Below, piece by piece: positions 26,377 through 36,400 of a stretch of DNA of 64,000 bases. Below the pieces are notes generated by a model. That model was given only the letters and a program-made list of their open reading frames with translations. It was not told the origin of the DNA and made no database searches. The DNA is taken from NCBI GenBank assembly GCA_963839705.1, contig CAWIWL010000021.1, positions 221,072-285,071 on the forward strand. The letters are read 5' to 3'. A program made the position numbers and the translations under genes. Within the stretch, counting starts at the first letter, position 1. The number at the start of each line of letters is the position of its first letter. The DNA comes from an uncultured Acidobacteriota bacterium. Its GTDB lineage: Bacteria; Acidobacteriota; Vicinamibacteria; Vicinamibacterales; 2-12-FULL-66-21.

Positions 26377-27982
26377 ATGGACGACCACGCAGCCAACGGC
26401 CCCGTCGACTCAGCCGAGCTCGATGAGGTGCGCGCGCGACTCGCCGAGGCCGAAGAGACCTTGCGGGCGATCCGCGATGGCGAGGTGGATGCGTTGCTGA
26501 TCGCCGACGGCTCGGGCGAACGCGTTTACACGCTCCGCAGTGCGGACGCACCGTATCGCGCGCTAATCGAGCAGATGCAGGACGGAGCCGTCACCCTCAC
26601 CAGCAAAGGGGACATCGTCTACTGCAACCAGCGCTTCGCCGATCTGGTCGGCACGCCGCTGCAGAACGTCATCGGCTCATCGATCGATCAGTTCGTCGAT
26701 GATGCCGACCAGGCGACGCTGAATGCGCTCATCGCCGAGGGCGCGGGCAAGCTGCGCACATGCCTTCGCCACTCGAGCCACCCGGCGCTCGAGGCCCACC
26801 TGTCGGTCAGCCACGTCACCGTGGATGAGGTCGCGTATCGCACGTTGATCGTGACCGACGTCAGCACGCTGACGAAGGTGCAGCGCGAAAGTCAGTCCAA
26901 GGATCAGTTCCTGGCCATGCTCGCACACGAGCTGCGCAATCCCCTGGGGGCGATCGAGGGCGCGGTGCAGGTCCTCGAGCTGGCGACTCTACGCGAGCCG
27001 CGCGCGATTCACGCTCGGGATGTCATTCACCGGCAGGCCGTGCACATGGCCCGGCTCGTCGACGATCTCCTCGACGTGGGACGGGTCATGACCGGCAAGA
27101 TTGTGCTGGAGCGCCAGCCCGTCGACTTCGGCGGAGAGCGTTCGGACCTGCGTTGCCGGAATCACCTCGGGTGACCGGAGCGCCGGCCGCGTCGAGACGA
27201 CGGTGGCACCGGTCTGGGTGAATGCGGATCCAGTGCGCCTCGAGCAGATTGTCACCAATCTCGTCTCCAATGCGCTCAAGTTCTCGCCCGGCGACAAACC
27301 CGTCCGCGTGTCGGTGAGCGCCCGCGGGACCGACGCGGTGCTGCGCGTCGCCGACGAAGGGAGCGGCATCAGCCCCGACTTGCTGCCGCACATCTTCGAC
27401 CTCTTCGTCCAGGGAGACGACACGAGCGACCGCGCCAAGGGTGGGCTCGGCATCGGCTTGACGCTGGTTCGACAGCTCGTGGAGCTCCACGGCGGGACCA
27501 TCGAAGTCTCGAGCGCGAACACCGGCGAGGGCTCGGTCTTCGAGGTGCGGCTGCCCGCTGCGCGGCCACCCGTCAAAGCCGGGGCGGTCGGCATGGGATC
27601 GACCGCGACACGACGGGTACATCGTGTCCTGCTAGTCGATGACCATGCCGACGCGAGGGAAATGTACGCCATGGTCCTGCAGGCTGATGGACACGAGGTC
27701 TTCCAGGCGGAAGACGGCGCCGCGGCAGTCGCCATGTTCCCGAGCCTCAGGCCGGACGTCGCGGTCGTGGACATCGGTCTTCCGCTGATGGACGGCTATG
27801 AGGTCGCGCGCCAGATCCGGTCCGGACCGGGCGGGGAAGACGTGCGGCTGATCGCCCTGACCGGTTACGGCTTCCCCGAGGATCGCGAGCGTTCGCGTGC
27901 GGCGGGCTTCGATCGTCACCTCGTCAAGCCGGCTATGCCCGAGGACCTGCGGCGTGAACTGGATCGGGTCGAGCGCGGCTAG
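26377..27982 (+). pseudogene. PAS - HisKA - HATPase_c - receiver hybrid histidine kinase, split by a frame change near 27130
   Basis: ORF 26377-27174 carries a coiled coil, PAS and the H-box FLAMLAHELRNPL, and stops at TGA 27172. The next frame (27101-27982) continues exactly where expected with AESVRTCVAG...VWVNADPVRLEQIVTNLVSNALKF, DEGSGI, GGLGIGLTLV and a receiver (VLLVDDHADAREM...VDIGLPLMDG...LTGYG...KP). Confidence 0.75.
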
Positions 27983-28065
27983 CGCCGCGGCGTGTCGTGG
28001 GGTCAACGGGCACCGGCCGCGTGGTGCTTGACCGGAAGCCACGTGATGCTGGACGATCACGCGAT

Positions 28066-28461
28066 ATGGCTGACTACAATGCAAATGTCGTAAGCGCGTC
28101 CTCAACCGGTCCGAAGCTGCCCGATGGCGTTGTCGATATCGAATCGATCGAGACGACCGACCCGGTCCTCGGCTGCCGGGTATTCACGCACTACAACGGA
28201 CCGACCGATCAGTTGAGCGGCCTCTGCGCCGGCATGTGCGTGCTCGACCCTGGCTCGAGCCCGCATCCGCCGCACCAGCATCCCGAGGAAGAGTTCATGA
28301 TCGTCGCCTCCGGAACCGGCGAAATCGAGTGTGCCGGAAAGACGACGAAGGTCGGACCCGGCGCGATGATGTACTGCGCGGGGAACACGATCCACGGGAT
28401 CACGAATACCGGGAAGGTGCCGCTGACGTTCTACTGGTCCAAGTGGCTGGCTCGCGCCTGA
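28066..28461 (+). CDS. cupin-domain protein
   Basis: HPPHQHPEEEFMIVASGTGEIE ... GNTIHGITNTG is the two-motif cupin signature. The start is set at ATG 28066 (the ORF-track start is GTG 27997). Confidence 0.7.
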   Translation: MADYNANVVSASSTGPKLPDGVVDIESIETTDPVLGCRVFTHYNGPTDQLSGLCAGMCVLDPGSSPHPPHQHPEEEFMIVASGTGEIECAGKTTKVGPGAMMYCAGNTIHGITNTGKVPLTFYWSKWLARA

Positions 28462-28823
28462 TCGATCACTTCGAAGACGTAGCCGTTCACCGGCTCCTTG
28501 AAGAAGAAGCGCTCGAACGGCGTCGAGCGGAGCGCCTCGCTCAGTTCCGCTCCCCGCTGGATCAGCCGCTGCTTGAGCCCCGGGAATTCCTGGAGCGGGT
28601 AGAAGACCGCTACATGACGCCCGAACTCGCGCTCGAACGGCGACACCTCGAAGCCCTCGACGAAGAAGACGTGCATCTGCTGGCCACGGCCGATGTTCAG
28701 CCAGACGGTCTCGTCCGGAACATTCGCCGGCACCGGATCGCGGAGATATCCGAGGGTTTCCTCGAGGAATGACGCGGTCTTCTCGACCTCACGGGTCGGC
28801 AATGTCAGATGGGCCAGGCTCAT
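28431..28823 (-). CDS. VOC (glyoxalase/bleomycin-resistance/dioxygenase) family protein
   Basis: 130 aa. MSLAHLTLPTREVEKTASFLEETLGY ... HVAVFYP ... GYVFEVID is the typical paired beta-alpha-beta-beta-beta pattern. There is a convergent 31-nt overlap with the cupin gene. Confidence 0.6.
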   Translation of the reverse strand: MSLAHLTLPTREVEKTASFLEETLGYLRDPVPANVPDETVWLNIGRGQQMHVFFVEGFEVSPFEREFGRHVAVFYPLQEFPGLKQRLIQRGAELSEALRSTPFERFFFKEPVNGYVFEVIDQARASHLDQ

Positions 28824-28974
28824 CAGGCATGATCTCCGGGGCAGTCGTCTTGTCCGTGGCAGCGGGGCTGGGTCCCCGATCCGCCACCTGACCTATTCTC
28901 CACTAACCCGACAGCGGGGAACACGCGAAGACTCGTGTCTTCTCCTGTAGAATCCGTCAAAGAGGTTCGCCTCA

Positions 28975-31620
28975 ATGCGAAGGATTGCCGAACGGTGGAC
29001 GGCCGTGTCCAGCGTCATCGTGGGCGCGGTCGTGCTCGCCGTTGCGCTGCATAGTCGAGTAGGCGAGGCGCAGGGACTCCAGAAGGAAAGTGTCCCGGCG
29101 CCAAGAATAGATTTCGACAAACAGATCAAGCCAATCCTCGAGGCCAACTGCCTCGAGTGCCACAGCGCGGATAAGCGCAAGGGCGGCTTGTCTCTTGCCG
29201 CGTACGCCGACGTGCTCGATGGTGGGCGCAGCGGCGCGGTCGTCCGGCCCGGCTCCGCCGCCAACAGCCTGCTCCTCGCGCGCGTCAAGGGCGAAGGCGT
29301 CGATCAGATGCCGCTCGACGCGCTCCCGTTGAGTGACGTCGAAATCGCGATGCTGGGGCAGTGGGTCGAGCAGGGCGCGCGGCTGACGCCGTCCTCACCA
29401 CCTGCCCCCGCGCCATGGGAAGCCCCGCTCGCGCTCAGCGCGCCAGCAGTCCCGGCGGCCGTCTGGCCGCGGTGGGACAGGCCCGCGGATCGACTCGTCG
29501 CCTCCTATCTCTCGAAGGCCCGGGTGCCTGAGCCGCGGCTGACTCCCGACGCTTTGTTCGCGCGTCGCGCCTATCTCGATATCTGGGGTCTCCTTCCTTC
29601 CCGAGAACAACTGCAGGCGTTTGTCGCGGACCCCGCGCCTGACAAGCGCGACCGGCTCGTGACGGCGTTGCTGGCAGACAACGTGAAGTACGCCGAGAAC
29701 TGGATTTCGTTCTGGAACGACCTGCTTCGCAACGACGACGGCCTGAGCTACTTCTCGGACGCCGAGGGCGGCGGCCGGCAGAGCATTACGCCGTACCTGC
29801 TGTCCGCGCTCACGAACAACACGTCCTACAAAGAGATGCTCACCCGGCTGCTGAACCCGACCGAGCCGGGTGACCCAGCGGGCTTCATCATCGGCGTCAA
29901 CTGGCGCGGCGAGACGAGCGCCGCGGTGACGCCCTGGATGCAGGCGTCGCAGAACACGGCGCAGGCCTTCCTGGGCGTCAACTTCAAGTGCAACGCGTGC
30001 CACGACAGCTTCGTGAGCAAGTGGAAGCTGAAAGACGCGTACGGCCTGGCGGCGTACTTCTCGCCCGAACCGAGGCTGCGGCTCTATCGCTGCGACATCC
30101 CGCGCGACGAATTCGCCGAGCCGTCGTTCTTCTTTCCCGAGCTGGCCCGCCCGACGCCGTCCTCCTCGCTGGCCGACCGGCGGGCGACGCTCGTCGAGAT
30201 CTTCACGGATCCGCGCAACGGCCGAATGCCGCGCACCGTCGTCAACCGGCTCTGGACCAGGCTCCTTGGCCGCGGCATCGTCGCCAGCTCCGACGAGATG
30301 GATGGAAAGCCCTGGAGTCCCGAGCTGCTCGATTGGCTCGCTGCCGACTTTGTGGCGAACCGCTACGATGTGAAACATCTGATCGGCACGATCGTCAGAT
30401 CGCGTGCCTACCAGATGGCCGCCGTGTCGCGCACGACGGAGGCGTCCGCGCGTGACTATCAGTTCCGTGGTCCGGAAATCCGCCGCCTCAGCGCCGAGCA
30501 GTTCGCTGACGCGATTGGGTCAATCACTGGGGAATGGGGCATCTACACGCCCTCGGGACGTGTCGGCGGCGGAGGAGCAAACGCGCAGTCGTTGGGCCGC
30601 GGAGCGCCGCTCGGCGCCGTCGGCGCCGCGCCGGCTGATGGTGGCCGGGTCAGCCCAGCCACGGGCCGCGGTGCGCAGCCTGCCCAGGCGCCAGCGGCTC
30701 AAGCCGTTCCGGCCGCGGCCGCAGGTTCGGGCCGCGGCAGCGGGCCGCGGACCGACTCTGACGCCTTGACGTCCGGCGTCTACGCGCGCGAGTTCCGATC
30801 GCCCTCCACACACTTGACCCGGGCGCTCGGACGTCCCATTCGCGATCAGGTGACGTCGGTCCGCGCGCAGGACGCGACGACGCTGCAGGCGCTCGAGCTG
30901 GTGAATGGGGAGATTCTGACCAATCGCCTGCTGCGCGGCGCGCGCCGGATGGTCGGCGATCTGCCGCCGGATCCAAAAAGCCTGTTCAACGCGCCGATTG
31001 CCGGACGCACTATCCAGGTGCGCCAGATGGACGTCGATATCTCGAGCGCGTCCAGGATCTACCTGCTCGTGTCCGATACGGGCTCGAACGCGCCGGAGCG
31101 AGTGCTGCCGGTCTGGACGAACATGCAGATGGTGGCGGCGGATGGCACGAGCGTCGCGCTGTCATCGCTGACGCCAGCCGATGCCTCAGGGCTGCGAGGG
31201 CCATCGGCCGGCAACCGTCTCCCGGTGAAGAATGGCTCCCGCGTCGTCTACGAGATCGCCGGCAGGGGCTTCACGAGACTTCGCGGCGGGACTGATGTCG
31301 ACAACGACCGCGCGGACATCGGCTCGACGTTGAACCCGGCGATCCGGTTCTTCATCTTCGGCACGGAGCCGAACATGGATCGTCTGCTCCCGCCATCGCC
31401 CGAGCCGCCGATGCCACCGGCAGCGCCGGTTACCATCGTGCGCGCCACCGTCGAGTACATCTTCTGGTCGGCGCTGGGACGTGCACCCTCCGCCGCGGAA
31501 CGAAAGACCGCGGAGGCGGCGATTGCCGACCCCGCGCGACCGGGCAGACCGTCACCTGACGCGGTTGCCGATCTGTTGTGGGCGGTATTGATGAAGCCGG
31601 AGTTCCAGTTGGTGTACTAG
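28975..31620 (+). CDS. PSCyt1 / DUF1549 / DUF1553 domain protein (planctomycete-type cytochrome c fusion)
   Basis: CLECHSADKRKGGLSLA heme-binding box. RRAYLDIWGLLPSREQLQAFV is DUF1549-like. CNACHDSFVSKWKLKDAY and LELVNGEIL are DUF1553-like. Confidence 0.8.
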   Translation: MRRIAERWTAVSSVIVGAVVLAVALHSRVGEAQGLQKESVPAPRIDFDKQIKPILEANCLECHSADKRKGGLSLAAYADVLDGGRSGAVVRPGSAANSLLLARVKGEGVDQMPLDALPLSDVEIAMLGQWVEQGARLTPSSPPAPAPWEAPLALSAPAVPAAVWPRWDRPADRLVASYLSKARVPEPRLTPDALFARRAYLDIWGLLPSREQLQAFVADPAPDKRDRLVTALLADNVKYAENWISFWNDLLRNDDGLSYFSDAEGGGRQSITPYLLSALTNNTSYKEMLTRLLNPTEPGDPAGFIIGVNWRGETSAAVTPWMQASQNTAQAFLGVNFKCNACHDSFVSKWKLKDAYGLAAYFSPEPRLRLYRCDIPRDEFAEPSFFFPELARPTPSSSLADRRATLVEIFTDPRNGRMPRTVVNRLWTRLLGRGIVASSDEMDGKPWSPELLDWLAADFVANRYDVKHLIGTIVRSRAYQMAAVSRTTEASARDYQFRGPEIRRLSAEQFADAIGSITGEWGIYTPSGRVGGGGANAQSLGRGAPLGAVGAAPADGGRVSPATGRGAQPAQAPAAQAVPAAAAGSGRGSGPRTDSDALTSGVYAREFRSPSTHLTRALGRPIRDQVTSVRAQDATTLQALELVNGEILTNRLLRGARRMVGDLPPDPKSLFNAPIAGRTIQVRQMDVDISSASRIYLLVSDTGSNAPERVLPVWTNMQMVAADGTSVALSSLTPADASGLRGPSAGNRLPVKNGSRVVYEIAGRGFTRLRGGTDVDNDRADIGSTLNPAIRFFIFGTEPNMDRLLPPSPEPPMPPAAPVTIVRATVEYIFWSALGRAPSAAERKTAEAAIADPARPGRPSPDAVADLLWAVLMKPEFQLVY

Positions 31621-31700
31621 TGCCACGGCGAAACGACATATGTCCTTCGCGACCTTCGTGGTTTTGCGATCTTCGTGACGTGAACGTGGCAGCGAAACAT

Positions 31701-31846
31701 TAGAGGCGATCTCATAAACGTGACGCTCGTTCCGAGTCGCGAGCGAGTTTGGCGAGCGAGCCACGCGAACGGAGCGCGCCGGCGAAGCGGCGCGCGAGAG
31801 AGCGTGTAGGGGAGTCCGAGGGGCGAAGCCCCTCGGAAAAGACCAG
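31701..31846. repeat. dispersed intergenic repeat, copy B
   Basis: TAGAGGCGATCTCATAAACGTGACG ... GCGAGCGAGCCACGCGAAC. Hairpin GCGCGCCG-GCGAAG-CGGCGCGC. Hairpin CCGAGGGGC-GAA-GCCCCTCGG (31816-31836). It is preceded by a CTTCGTG-type motif array (31644-31690). Confidence 0.85.
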
Positions 31847-31854
31847 AGGACGCA

Positions 31855-33378
31855 ATGAGCGATCACGAAAACCTCGGGGACTACCGGCTCGCCCGGCAGG
31901 ACGAACTGAATCGCCTGAGCCGCGAAGAGCGCCTGATTCACGCGAAGGTGAGCCGCCGGGCGTTTGTCGGCGCGACTGCCGCGGCGACGCTCGCGTCGCT
32001 GGTGGGGTACGAACCGAAGCGGCTGCATGCCGCCGGCCAGGAGAGCCCGAAGTCCGGACCGCGTTCCGCCGCCACGGCCGACGCCGTCATCGTCCTCTGG
32101 ATGGCGGGCGGCATGGCCAGCACGGAGACGTTCGACCCCAAGCGCTATACCCCGTTTGCGCCCGGCGTGCCGATCACGGACGTGCTGAGCACGTTTCCGA
32201 CCATCGACACCAGCGTGGACCACATCAAGTTCACACAGGGGCTCGAGAACATCGCGGGCGTCATGGACAAGGGCACGATCATCCGCGGCTTCACGGCCGC
32301 GGATCTCGGCTTCATCCTGCATTCGCGTCACCAGTATCACTGGCACACCGGCTACATCCCGCCCCAGCCGCAGGCGATGCCGCACATTGGTTCGGTCATC
32401 TCGCGCACGCTCGGACCGAAGAACGCGGACATGCCGGCCTTTGTCGCCATCGGCCAGACGGTCGAGGGAGCGGGGGAGATCGGCACGCTGAAGGCGTTCC
32501 ACACGGCGGGCTTCCTCGGCACGGATCACGGACCATTTCTCATCATCGATCCGCAAGACGCGGCGTCGGCGGTGCGGCCGCCCAGGGAGCTCGGCGACCA
32601 GCGCTTCGCGAGCCGCCGCCAGCTCCTCGAGCAGCTGCTGGCGCAGGAACCGGTCTATCAATATGGCAGCGCGTTCCAGCGTGAGGCGGTAGTGAAGTCC
32701 CTCGACGCGAGCGACCGGCTGCTTCGATCGCCCTCGGCAAAGGCGTTCGACCTGTCGCTCGAGCCGAAGGAGTCCTTCGACAACTACAACACCGGCCGGT
32801 TTGGCCAGGGGTGTCTCTTGGCGCGCCGTCTCGTCGAGGCGGGGGCGCGGTACGTCGAGGTGACGTCCGAATACATTCCGTTCGTCTATTGGGACACGCA
32901 CGAGAATGGCCACCAGCGCGCCGCGGACATGAAGAAGATCATCGACCGGCCGATCGCCCAGCTCGTGAAGGACCTCGACGAGCGCGGCCTGCTCGACCGC
33001 ACGCTGGTCGTTCTGGCCAGCGAGTTCAGCCGCGACGCCGTGACCGAAGGCAAGGTCGGCAAGGAAGTCAGAGATCAGGCCATCAATATTCCCGACATCA
33101 TGCAGGAGCCGAGACACTACGGGATGCACCGTCATTTCACGGCGGCCGGTTCCGTGCTGATGTTCGGCGGCGGGGTGAAGAAGGGTTTTGTCTACGGCAA
33201 GACGGCCGACGAGCGGCCGTGCACGACCATCGAGAATCCGATGCCGGTCGAAGACCTGCATGCCACGATCTTCCACGCGCTTGGGATCCCGGCCGATCTC
33301 GCCTACATCGATCAAAAGCGTCCCGTCTACGTCACGCGGGACGGCAAGGGCAAGGTCGCGACGGATGTCTTTGCCTGA
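31855..33378 (+). CDS. DUF1501 (sulfatase-fold) protein with Tat signal
   Basis: SRRAFVGATAAATLASL twin-arginine signal. Motifs: VIVLWMAGGMASTETFDPK, WDTHENG and GRTLVVLASEFSR-like. It is the usual partner of DUF1549/DUF1553 genes. Confidence 0.8.
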   Translation: MSDHENLGDYRLARQDELNRLSREERLIHAKVSRRAFVGATAAATLASLVGYEPKRLHAAGQESPKSGPRSAATADAVIVLWMAGGMASTETFDPKRYTPFAPGVPITDVLSTFPTIDTSVDHIKFTQGLENIAGVMDKGTIIRGFTAADLGFILHSRHQYHWHTGYIPPQPQAMPHIGSVISRTLGPKNADMPAFVAIGQTVEGAGEIGTLKAFHTAGFLGTDHGPFLIIDPQDAASAVRPPRELGDQRFASRRQLLEQLLAQEPVYQYGSAFQREAVVKSLDASDRLLRSPSAKAFDLSLEPKESFDNYNTGRFGQGCLLARRLVEAGARYVEVTSEYIPFVYWDTHENGHQRAADMKKIIDRPIAQLVKDLDERGLLDRTLVVLASEFSRDAVTEGKVGKEVRDQAINIPDIMQEPRHYGMHRHFTAAGSVLMFGGGVKKGFVYGKTADERPCTTIENPMPVEDLHATIFHALGIPADLAYIDQKRPVYVTRDGKGKVATDVFA

Positions 33379-33492
33379 TAGGCGTTTCGCATACCGAAAT
33401 ACGACGCCCTGCCCACATTGTCTTTGAATCTCGCGTAGCGGTGGCGTAGCCTCCCGAGTACGTTCGAAAGCTCGAACCAGAGGAGGAAACTC

Positions 33493-36400
33493 GTGGAGCA
33501 CTGTTTCGCCGTCGCCAAGCGGATGAGCGTCGTGTTCCTGCTATTCCTGGGCTCTGCCGCTGCGGCCGACGCCCAAGGCGAGCTCGGCACCATCACCGGC
33601 ACGCTGAAGGACGCACAGGGTGGCGTCATGCCGGGCGTCACCGCTACCGCCGTCAACCTTGAAACCAACGTCAAGACGACCGCCACCACCAACGAGGCTG
33701 GTGTCTACCTGTTGTCCTCGCTCGTCAACGGCCGTTACCGTCTGACCTGCACGCTGGACGGATTCGCGCCCGTCGCACGTGATCTCGAGGTGCGCGCCGG
33801 CGACCGTCTGCGCGTCGACCTCACGCTCACAGTCGGCGGCATTACGGAAGAGACGAAGGTCATCGCGGAGACGCCGCTGCTCGAAACGGCAACGGCGACG
33901 CGCAGTCAAGTGATAGACCAGGACACGATCGAAGCCATTCCGCTGGCGGGACGCAACCCCTACTCAGCCGCCTACACGATCGCCGGTGTCACGACGCAGT
34001 TCACCCGCCCGAGCATCAGCGCCCGCCCGTTCGATAACGGCGGCATGGATGTCATCTCCATCAACGGCGGCCGCAGCCGTTCGAACGAGCTCCTCCTCGA
34101 CGGCGCCCCGAACACGAGCCGGGAAGGCACCTCACAGGGCAGCCTGGCGTTTGTGCCGTCACCGGACGCCGTGCAGGAAGTTCGCGTCAGCACGAATACT
34201 TACGATGCCCAGTTCGGACGCACTGGCGGCGGCGTCATCGCCGTCAGCATTCGCAGCGGGACGAACACGTTTCGGGGCACGGCGTACTACAACCTCCGCG
34301 ACGCGGCGCTCAACAGCAACCTCTACGAGAACACCGTTCGAGGTATCCCCAAGGAAGACCTATTCCATTACAACCCGGGGTTCACGGTCGGCGGCCCGGT
34401 GCTGCTGCCGAAATACGACGGCCGCAACCGGTCGTTCTTCTTTTACGCGTTCGAGGGGTTGAAGTCCGGCATTCCGGTCTCTGCCGGCGAGCGGGCGCCG
34501 ACCGACCTCGAGCGCGCCGGCAACTTCTCGCAATCGGGGATGACGATTTACGACCCGTTCAACACGGTCAACGGGGTGCCGCAGCCGTTTCCCGGCAACA
34601 TCATCCCCGCGAACCGCATCGATCCTGTGGCGGCCAACCTGATGCAGTACATGGTGTCGCCCAACTCCGATCCCGATGCCTCGGGGAACAACTTTTTCCC
34701 GCGCGCCAATTCGCGGTTCGACACCTACACCTCGGGCATCATTCGAGTGGATCACAACTTCACCGACAACCACCGCTTCTTCGCCCGCTATGGGCACAAC
34801 GGACGGCGGGAGACCCGCGCGAAAGCCGAACGCGAGGAAGTGGCGCTGACTGCCGGGTACCATCACCGGTGGAACAGCGTCTTGAGCGTGGACCTCAGCT
34901 CAACGCTCAGTCCGAGCCTGCTCTCGAGCCTGCGCGCCGGTTGGACGCGCCACCGGCGGCTGGACATCAGCGGCGCCGAGGACATGGGTGGCTTCGATCC
35001 CACCATCATGGGATTCCAGGGGGCCTTCGTCTCCCAGGTGCCAGCCCGGTTCTATCCGATTCGGCTCAACGACTACACGGCGGCGGCGATCGGCCAGGGC
35101 GGCGGGCAGGACGGCCCGAGCGATGACTTCTACCTCCAGGAAACCCTGACGAAGATCATGGGCCGTCACCAACTGAAGTTCGGCGGCGAGTTCCGCTACG
35201 GCGTGAGCGTAGTCGAAAACCCGCTCGCCGGCGGCAGCTTTGCCGACCTCCGGTTCTCGCGCAATTTCACGTCGCTTCGGCCCAGCGTCAATACCCTCAC
35301 GGCCGCGGACGGGGGGAACGCTTTTGCCTCATATCTGCTGGGCTACATGGCCTCAAGCTCCGTCACGCTCAGCCCGAACTTCGACTGGCGGACCGCCTAT
35401 GGCGGCGCATTCGTGCAGGACGATTGGCGTCTCACGAGCCGGCTGACCCTCAACCTCGGGCTGCGGTGGGACTACGAGTCCCCCATCACCGAGCAGGGCA
35501 ACCAGGTCAACGGGGGCTTCGATCCGAACGCGTTGGCGCTCGTCTGCCCGGCCTGCCCGGCGTCCGGCCTGCCGCAGAACCTGAATGGTGGGCTGACGTT
35601 CGCTGACGGCGCCTTCTATTCGCGCGACGGGAACAATGTCGGGCCCCGTGCTGGCTTGACGTACTCGATCACCCCGAAGACGATCCTGCGCGGCGGCTAC
35701 GGACTCACGTACCTCGACTCGTCCACGGACCGTGGGACCTCCACGGGCTTCACACGTTCGACACCCTACGTGGCATCGCTCGACAGCAATCGCACACCCG
35801 CGAATCGGCTGTCGAATCCGTATCCGAACGGCATGCTGCAGCCGGCCGGCGCCTCGCAGGGGACGGCGACGGCACTCGGCACCGGCATCAGCTACGACAT
35901 CCACGATCGGCGGATCCCTCAGTTCCACCAATGGTCGGTCGGCGTGCAGCAGGAATTGTTCTGGCGCAGCGTGCTCGAGGTCGCCTATGTCGGCAGCGCG
36001 ACACGCATGATCGGCGTGAACCGCCCGATCAACAACCTGTCGGCGGATCAGATCGCGCTTGGCGACGCGTACCTCGACGCGCTCGTCCCGAATCCCTTTA
36101 TCGGCCTGGTGCCCGATGGGGGCGCCCGCAACACGGCGGCAACGATTCAACGGCGGGAGCTCCTCCGTCCATACCCGCAGTTTGTGGGCATCACCGAGCG
36201 TCTCGTGCCCATCGGCACGCTCGACTATCAGGCGATCCAGCTGACGTGGGACAAGCGCATGACCAACGGGATCCAGTTTCAGGTCAACTACACGGGCTCG
36301 CGCAATGTCGAGGCGGTCTCGGTGCTCAATCAAGGCGAGGGCCTCTACCGAGAAGTCTCCAACACGCATCGGCCGCACTTCGTGCGGTTCACAGGTGGCT

